Assembly: GCA_951406725.2 (NCBI GenBank)
Contig: OX597822.1
Location: forward strand, 6,510,001 to 6,574,000
Origin: Octopus vulgaris
Lineage: Eukaryota
Length of the DNA: 64,000 nucleotides
Direction: 5' to 3'
The notes beneath the pieces are model-generated. The model had not been told where the DNA came from. It saw only the letters and a program-made list of their open reading frames with translations, and ran no database searches. Shown piece after piece: positions 55,530-64,000 of this stretch. Position 1 is the stretch's first letter; the number at the start of each line of letters is the position of its first letter. The translations under genes and the position numbers were made by a program.

Positions 55530-56330
55530 TAGGACTTTGTAATTGTTAGAATTTTGAGTGACTTTAATATTCAGGTGTCATGTGCTTTTTGGAATCCATC
55601 TAGCCCTTTCCTAAGCCAATCCTTCATGCAATTTTTTATAATCATCATGTCAATTACCTGCTGGTTGTTTGTCCCTCCTGAATATCTCCAGCACACTTTC
55701 TATTCAAGTGATCAGTTGCATTTCTCTGAGTGTGCATAGATCGGATGCCCGAACATACATGCTTATAATTTCCATAGTAGTGCCAAACAAATTATCGGTC
55801 AGTCGTTTGAGATATCAGCGCCAGTTTGTTGATGAATTTAACCTAATATCTTATTCAGTACTTGCCAGCATTGATGTTCTTCATCCTTGCCTGGTGCGGG
55901 CACCCTTTCATTAAGTGCGTTATTGATTATTTTGTAATGAAACCCGGAATAATTACTATGATAGCCGGTTTCATTAATTATTTACTTCTATCTATGCCAG
56001 CATCTTCTTGTGGTAGCCTTTCTTTTTGTCCAATAAATCACTCTAAAATGTTCTATTTTTTTTTTTCTCCATCTGCCTTCCATTGATATGCTTTTCTACT
56101 CCGTTCAATTTTCCAAAGAAACACTTTTGATTATTTGGAAACAAACTATTTCCATATATCGCTGTATTTTAGCTATTTTTTCGTTCACGCTTTTCTTTTA
56201 GTTCCATTACAACGTTTATTACTGTCTTTTCATCTTTCAAATTGTCTTTTCTTTACAGTGTTTTAATGAATCTTTCTTTCCTGGGTACACCTTCTCTAAG
56301 GAGCTGCACTTGACTCCCTTCTCGTCTGAT
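55530..56330 (-). mobile_element. Decayed R4-like RT remnant
   Basis: Minus-strand traces GLDGFQKAHDT (WID..KA.DS) and GTNNQQVID (GT.DQL.ID). Confidence 0.5.
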
Positions 56331-56357
56331 GCTCTTGATTCTCTCTTATGTCACCCT

Positions 56358-56568
56358 ATGATAATGATGATGATGATGATGATGACGATCATCATCATCT
56401 TCTTCCTCCTTATCGTCATCATCATGGTCATCATCATCATCGTCGTCAACATCATCGTCGTCATCATCATCGTCGTTGTCATCATTGTCGTCGTCGTCGT
56501 CATCATCATCATCACCATCATCATCATCGTCATCATCATCATTACCATCATCATCATCGTCATCATTG

Positions 56569-56603
<35 letters not shown>

Positions 56604-56815
56604 GTCGTCGTCATCATCATCATATTTTCTTCATTATCATTTCTTCTTCCTCTTCTTCTTCTTCTTCTCTTCCTCTTCCTCCTTCTCCCGCCTCTTATTA
56701 TTAAAGGCGAAGTGGAATAACAGTCAAGTACTGGGTTCAATGTAACCGAATACTGCCCTCTATCTAAAAATATTGGCCTTATGCCAACATTCAACGCAAC
56801 TATTATTATTATTAT

Positions 56816-56847
<32 letters not shown>

Positions 56848-56858
56848 TTATTATTATT

Positions 56859-56934
<76 letters not shown>

Positions 56935-56950
56935 GTGTGTGTGTGTGTGT
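56358..56950. repeat. Compound (GAT)/(CAT)/(CGT)/(CTT) tract and head-to-head (ATT)n-(AAT)n
   Basis: Direct reading. Confidence 0.95.
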
Positions 56951-58001
56951 GACAAATATTCTTTTATGCTTTGCGCTTATATTCTTTCTGCCTTTTTTTG
57001 AGCAATAAAATAAGCACCTGTCAAGGACTACTGCCAAATCAATCTGTTTACCACCACACACACACACACACTAGCAAATGTTATATGGTTGTGTGTACCT
57101 GTACGTTTGTTGATAATCATTGTTGCGATTGTTAGAATAATCGATCAATGGCTTCTTGGTTTCGATTCTACCAGATGTTTTTCAATAATTTAATATCTTG
57201 GTGTTCCAAAGTGGTCATTATATGAAGTTCGCTTTAAAAAGAATAAAAAAGAGCAAGTTTTTGCTCTCCGGGAATATGAAATTCTTATAATGCCACAGAC
57301 ACAAACGTTATGCAGCAAAAGGTTGAAAAAGGTAGATAAGAAAGACAAAAAACATTTGAAAGTATGCATTGAGAGAAAGAAATAAGCGAAGACCAAGAGG
57401 AAAAGAAGGAGAAAAGTGAAAAAATGTGAGGGAAGCTACACGAGGAAGAATTTAGAGAAGAAAAATGGCTGATTGATGCCGATCGACAAGAAAGTTCCAA
57501 GAAGGATGAAACGAGTTTTCGCCTTTTTTTTTTTTTTTTTTTTTGGAAATTCTTTTTTTGGTTAGCTTTTCATTTTGGCTTTGAACACTTATTTCCTTCA
57601 GAGAAGAGAAAATGGAAATAGAGGAAGAAAAGAGGAATCGAAACAAGAATTATGTAACAGAGAACAGAAAGAAATGAAAAAGAATGAAGCATGAATGAAA
57701 TCAATGAAATCAGTGGAACAAAGAAGGAGAACAAGCATGAAAATAAAGAAAAGAAATCATAGAAAGAGGCAGAAATAGAATAAAATGGGAGACGAGAAAA
57801 GGACAGAATACTTTTTTTTTATAACGTAGGAGCAGCGGTAGTAGGAGTATTAATATTGTTATATTTAACAGTTGCTTTTGTTGTCCTTGTAGTTGGTATG
57901 TTGTGGTAACGTTAGTGTCAGTGACGATGGCTGTAGTAATCGTAACAGGAAGAGACGAAGGATAAAGTGGATGGAGAGGGCAGAGCGTAAAGTGAAAGAG
58001 A

Positions 58002-58049
<48 letters not shown>

Positions 58050-58543
58050 AGAGAGAAAGTAGAAGGGAGAAATCCTTACAGTATGAGCAATTCACAGGCG
58101 AAAACTGAAAGAATAAATACCAATATGACAATGATAAAGTTGAAACACGAAGGCTGCATGTACAACAGACATGAGCAACAAAACAACGGCGTATTCACCA
58201 CCATCATCAACCTCAAAGAACCTCCATAACCACCTCTGCAGCCGACCTTTATGGAGGAACTGCAATTAGAAGCTTTAACTAAGATGTTGATTTAGTAAAA
58301 TGTTGAAGCGGTTGTTTGATGTACTTTATTTAATACCAATAACTTCACAGAAATTCCTGGCATTGTTGAGGCTTCGTCTGCTTTGAACTTTGTACAGACC
58401 GAATACAATTCCTTTTAACCGTTTGCTCAGTTTACGTTATTATCAGAAACTGTTTCATTTGAGTTAGTGTTTCAACAGCATTACAATCATCTCTCTTTTT
58501 CTCTCTTCCTCACTCTTCCTTAATTCCATACTCAATCTCTCTC

Positions 58544-58588
<45 letters not shown>

Positions 58589-59030
58589 AAATACATACAT
58601 GTTTACCTATGTGCACAAGTACAGACGTAAATATACTGATACAAACATACATGTGTACATACGTGCAGCTACACACAGGCGCACACAGACACACGCACGA
58701 ACTCACACATGCACGCACGTACACACACACACACACTAAAAGATACATCTAAATACATTTCCGTACTTTTGCGTTATTTCAACATTTTCTTATTCAATTA
58801 TTACGTTCGGAGACCAAAGTCAATGCTCTAATTGGACTTGGCATCCCAAATCTAATCAGCAAGAAGTCAAAGACGCAAAACCCTTTAGAGCGTTTACACG
58901 CGCACGCACATCCATTTCAGATGTATTTATATATATATATACATATGTATGTATGTATGTATATATATGTATATATATATATAAATATATGTATGTGTGT
59001 GTATGTATGTCTGTTATATATATATGTATA

Positions 59031-59082
<52 letters not shown>

Positions 59083-59175
59083 GTATATACGTAAACTAGG
59101 TAAGTGCACATATAAAATCTACACGCTATATCTATACTTCATACATGTAAAAGCATGTATATATAAAAGTATATG

Positions 59176-59215
<40 letters not shown>

Positions 59216-59216
59216 A

Positions 59217-59268
<52 letters not shown>

Positions 59269-59721
59269 ATACATTTAGCATTAAATAAGCGGTGACGTAA
59301 AAGTATGTGCAAGGGTGTGCGTTTGTAAAATTGTATTATTGTATTATTGTAGGTACAATTTACCCAATAGGACAGCATAATAATTCTTGTTGAATTCTTT
59401 TCGATTTAACATGGGATAAAGAATATAATTAGGAGTGCAATCAATTAACAGCTTTACAAAGTAGTTAAACGCATCACCAATTCAATCAAAATGAACGAAA
59501 TATATGACGCTGGATATGGGGTATCTATTGTGTCATGTTAATTGCTATTTCTTTTTTTTATTTTTAGTTTCAGAGAATAAATTGGAATTATTATAATTCG
59601 AATCTGTCAAGTTATTAATATATTCTATTCTGTTACATTATATGCACGAATGTTTCGGCTGTGTGTGTTAGTATACACACATATGTATATGGGCGTATAT
59701 ATCGATAATATATTATATATA

Positions 59722-60330
59722 TTGGGTCACCCCGTAAATAATGCTTTTTTTTATACTTTTTTAATTTTGGAAATTTAAGATAAACAATGTTCTTTTTTAA
59801 ATCTAAAATATCTTCTCCTTTATTTTCTACAATTCTTTTCTACCTGTCTGGTAGATTTGTAAGGCCTCTCTTCCAAACTTCATGTGTCCATGACAAAAAA
59901 TACTCCTCCAGTACTGTCTACAGAATTCATATTTTTTTCGATCAAATGATTTTGAAGATTGTGGAACAAACGATAATTAGATGCAGCAACGTTCCAATCT
60001 TTGGAATGTCCTATTTCTGCTGCAACACTTCATGCTTCAGTGCACTGCTCCCGCAGAAGGGGAGGCGTATGTCCAAGCCAAGTATTCTAAGCCTCCTTCT
60101 TTACTGAAACGGCATATTTGACTTCTTGGTTAGACCAGGGTGTTCTTTTATGAGCAGATGTGAGATCGAGACACTTTCGTCAACAGCATTGTTCAGCTAA
60201 AGAAGAAACCGCCGAAAAAATAATTTTTATGCTGCTTCGACGTCCTCAGTTTATCCAGGAAGGTATTTCAGTTCGGATGCAATAGTGTCCAAATGTTTTT
60301 TTCCGATCCTATCATCCATCATAACTTCCC
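59722..60330 (-). mobile_element. Deleted mariner remnant with 3' TIR
   Basis: TA|TTGGGTCACCCCGTAAATAATG terminus; minus strand LFHNLQNHL and WKRGLTNLPDR..IVENKGE. Confidence 0.72.
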
Positions 60331-60921
60331 ATTTTATCTTATTACCTTAGACACTCTCAGGTTGCAGACAACTAAGTGCTATTCAGTTGATAGCTCAGTT
60401 CCTTCCTTTACATGAATATGTAGCACAGAATCAAAGGGACCAAGTTAACCAAAAAATTTATTTACAACTTCCATCCCAAAATATACCTTTCCTTAAGAAG
60501 AATAACTATGAAAATGTTACAGAAATAGAAACCCAAACATCACGATACAAATACATCTCACATAAAAGAAATCATGACATCTAATTCGATTTATCATTGA
60601 ATAATTTCAAATCCAGTCTTGCCGATGTTATCTGTTATGACATCAATCTCATGATTCTCGACGATCTTCTGTAAAGCTGGCGAATTAAACGCCAGTACAA
60701 CTATTATATTATAGAGATAATGAGACCAAAAATATCTTGAAACGTTAATGAATCAATGAACTTAGCAGAGATTTGTTCTAAGCTAACTATAAATGATTAA
60801 TAAGAAAATACTCATAAAATATCTTTCACAAAAGAGATTAAGCTCAAAGATAGTAAATACTTTAAAATGTCACATGATATAACCTCGCATACACTCAGGC
60901 ACATACAAAACCACACGCACA

Positions 60922-60998
<77 letters not shown>

Positions 60999-61778
60999 GA
61001 AGGAGCTTCTACAGGACTAGTACTGTTTCATTCAAGAGAAATCTTCAGGAAGCTATTTAACAAGAATTGTATTAGCATTTATACATTTAGGCAGGTTTAA
61101 AGGAGTGGTGGTGGGGGACTTTTTTGGGGGTAGGCATAGCGCAAAATATCATACTTGGGGGAGTGGTCAAGGAGTCAGTGGTAAGTTAGATGAAAGAATA
61201 GATAAATAAAAAAATAAAAAAATAAAAAAATAAAAAAATAAAAAAATAAAATAAAAAATAAAAAAATAAAAAAAAAAAAATATATATAAAAAATATATAT
61301 ATAAAAAAAATATATATAAAAAAATACACAAATGAAGTTTGTACAGCTGCAGATTTTGATGGAGTATACAATGCCACAATGCAGTACTGTCGCCTTCACG
61401 AATGATGTATTAGCGCCTTTGCTGAACCTTGTTTCAGATGCGCACTGTTCTACCCTCATTTTTACAGCAATTTCACCCTTGTCTAAATGATTAAATCATA
61501 GTCTCCGAACACTGTTCTTCGTTGGGTCGAAAAGCTGGAAGTCTGGATGTGCTATATAAGAGCTCTATGGTTGATGGGGCCCAATAACCTGACCAACGTG
61601 CCGATCGTTTGGTACGTTGACAAATATGTGTGTGGTCGTACGTTGTCATAATGAATAGTTGGGATGGGATATGGAGGCGGGTGTCTGGTATACCCTTATC
61701 AGATGGGTACTCAGGATTTGTTTACTAGGCTTCATTTTACTCCAGTGTCACTTTAATGGCATGCACTGCTTTCTCACT

Positions 61779-61810
61779 CAGCAGCAGCAGCAGTAGCAGC
61801 AGCAGCAGCT

Positions 61811-61865
<55 letters not shown>

Positions 61866-61939
61866 TAGTATTGGTGGTGGTGGTGGTGTTGGTGGTGGTG
61901 GTGGTGGTGGTGGTGGCAGTGGTGGTGGTGGCAGTGGTG

Positions 61940-61971
<32 letters not shown>

Positions 61972-62041
61972 GGCGGTGGTGATGGTTGTGGTAGTGGAAG
62001 TAGTGGTGGTGGTAGTGGTGGTGGTGGTGGTGGTAGTGGTG

Positions 62042-62086
<45 letters not shown>

Positions 62087-62161
62087 TTTGTGGTGGTGGT
62101 GGTGTTGGTGGTGGTGGTGGTGGTGGTGGTGGTGGTGGCAGTGGTGGTAGTGGCAGTGGTG

Positions 62162-62196
<35 letters not shown>

Positions 62197-62320
62197 GGCG
62201 GTGGTGATGGTTGTGGTAGTGGTGGTGGTGGTGGAAGTAGTGGTGGTGGTGGCAGTGGTGGTGGTGGTGGTGGTAGTAGTAGTAGTAGTAGTGGCGGTGG
62301 TGGTGGTGGTGGTGGTGGTG

Positions 62321-62388
<68 letters not shown>
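61779..62388. repeat. (AGC)/(AGT)/(GGT) compound microsatellite with higher-order duplication
   Basis: Direct reading; marker GGCGGTGGTGATGGTTGTGGTAG occurs twice. Confidence 0.95.
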
Positions 62389-62389
<1 letters not shown>

Positions 62390-62559
62390 TTTATGCACAT
62401 AACATTCCTATAGTCATTTGGTACAGAAAGAACATAAAAGCAGTAACAAATGGCTGTGTGGCAAAAGCGCTATGCCGGGGCATATCACGGCAAAGAGGTT
62501 CAACATCAACCGAAAAGTGTAATAGAGAGAACGACCAGTAAACGCTATTACGAGATTTA

Positions 62560-62985
62560 AATATACCGACTTATTATGAGCTCCATGCAAAGCGACCAGA
62601 TATTATCATTTTGGACAGGGGAAAACAGGGTGCATCATCAGAGATATGGCTATATCTGCGAGCATGAACTTAGGGGGACAGAGAACAGCAGAAAATAGGA
62701 AAATACTAGGACATGGAGAGCGAAATACGACTGTGGAGGTTTAGGTTTTCTACAAAAGTAATCCCAGTTATCATAGGTGCCCTAGGTACTGTCACCAACA
62801 GATCTAATTGTGGTCCTTGTTAAGGTTATTGTAACTACAAGAGTGGCATTAATTCAGAAGTCTCCCCTATTGGGAATAGCAAGGATTATAAGAGAAGTCT
62901 TCAGTATCGAAGGAAACTGGTTGTGACCCGTTATCGAGCACAGTGATTCCGTTTGTAAAACATTTGTGCACACCATGAACAATAA
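62560..62985 (+). mobile_element. Decayed R4/Dong-like endonuclease 3' fragment
   Basis: HAKRPDIIILD, QKIGKY, VIPVIIGALGTV, LLGIARIIREV. Confidence 0.8.
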
Positions 62986-63009
62986 CAATCCAGACTTGCC
63001 CACGAGTTT

Positions 63010-63893
63010 ACCAAACCCAAGGTGCTTTATATGGATGATTTAAAGCTATATACAAAAAATGAAAAACTCCTGGAGTCTTTGATCTAAACAGTCAGAATAT
63101 TTAGTAAAGATATTGGAATATAGTTTGCGGTAAATAAGTGCATGTTACTAATTTCGAAGAGAAGCCGGAATATAAATTTTGATGTCATAAAAGAACCACT
63201 AGGCAATATCATTAGATCGCTGTGGAATAAAAGGATACAAAGACATAGGGGTGCTACAAGACGATAGAATAATAGAAGAAGAATTAAGAGAGAAAATATC
63301 TAAATAGAAAGGAAGAATTATGTAGATATTCGAAGCAAAATTTAATGGACGCAATATCACTAAGGCGAATAGCTTGGGTTTCCTTTCTGGTCACTTTCTG
63401 AAAGACCGAACTACAGAACTTGAATAGAAGAACTAGAGAGCTGCTCACAATGCACAACGCACACCATTCTAAAAGTAATACTGACAAACTCTTTTTACCA
63501 AATCACGATGGGATCAGTGAGAGGATTACTAAACGCAGAAGATACCGTTAGTAGTGTGATATTTGGATTGAAAAAATATGTTATGCAGATTAAGGAAATA
63601 ATACTAACGGTAACTAGAGTTGCCACCCAGAATTATTGAGGCAGTAGGAGAATACAAAGAGAGAAGGAAAAACAATTCAAAAGACAAATGGAAAGAATTG
63701 AAATTACATAGCCAATTTATGCGGAACCCTGAAACGAAAGACCCAAACTGTAATTATAACCCGTCAGGAACAAGCCATTACGGGAAATCTGATAAAAGGT
63801 CAAAATCAACAAAACTCAGTCAGCAAATGTAAAATCAGTCAGAAAAGAAACGAAAGTACGGACCATCTATTGTGTGAATACATAATATTAGCT

Positions 63894-63895
<2 letters not shown>
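63010..63895 (+). mobile_element. Decayed R4/Dong-like RT fragment
   Basis: LYMDDLKLY..TVRIFSKDIG..NKC; DKLFLP; KWKELKLHSQF. Confidence 0.85.
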
Positions 63896-63941
<46 letters not shown>

Positions 63942-63944
63942 TAA

Positions 63945-64000
63945 AAAATGGAGTTAACGCAGGTTTAAACAAGTATTTTTACTTTCGACACATGTAACTA
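63945..64000. mobile_element. End of another copy of the 4698 hammerhead-bearing element (cut by the window edge)
   Basis: TTAACGCAGGTTTAAACAAGTATTTTTACTTTCGACACATGT aligns to 4705-4747, again just after (TA)n. Confidence 0.75.

Noticed and set aside
56310-57067. Poly-His, poly-Met (reflectin-like) and poly-Ser ORFs
   Set aside because: Simple CAT/GAT repeats; no reflectin M/FD(X)5MD motif.
61100-61750. Possible LINE 3' fragment next to the A-rich tract at 61200-61325
   Set aside because: Motif similarity is too weak and the orientation conflicts with the tail; left uncalled.
61756-62541. 261-aa Gly/Ser-rich ORF
   Set aside because: Pure GGT/AGT repeat with almost no synonymous variation, open in several frames on both strands.

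Overview
AT-rich eukaryotic genomic DNA with no recognisable intact host gene. The repeat landscape (dense TA/CA/ATGT/AAT microsatellites plus several tRNA-derived SINE families) points to a cephalopod, most likely Octopus; this is an inference from remembered repeat families. Nearly all long ORFs in the track are microsatellite artefacts. The real coding signal is transposon-derived: many 5'-truncated or decayed R4/Dong-type non-LTR elements (the youngest sitting in (AAT)n tracts), a Penelope-like element, RTE, CR1 and L1/Tx1 LINE fragments, DD34D mariner and DD37D maT transposase remnants, a Gypsy integrase scrap and non-autonomous Helitrons. The most notable structure is a near-canonical type I hammerhead ribozyme at 4733-4818 (minus strand) inside a short fold-back element flanked by (TA)n, with related hammerhead-like mini-elements at about 4.5, 28.0, 37.0 and 64.0 kb. 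Other oddities are a mariner/maT chimera joined at a 7-bp microhomology, an RTE flanked by a ~60-bp duplication, and SINEs with the same head but different tails. A few weak host exon candidates lie in TE-poor islands. All coordinates and alignments were made by eye; boundaries of decayed elements are approximate.
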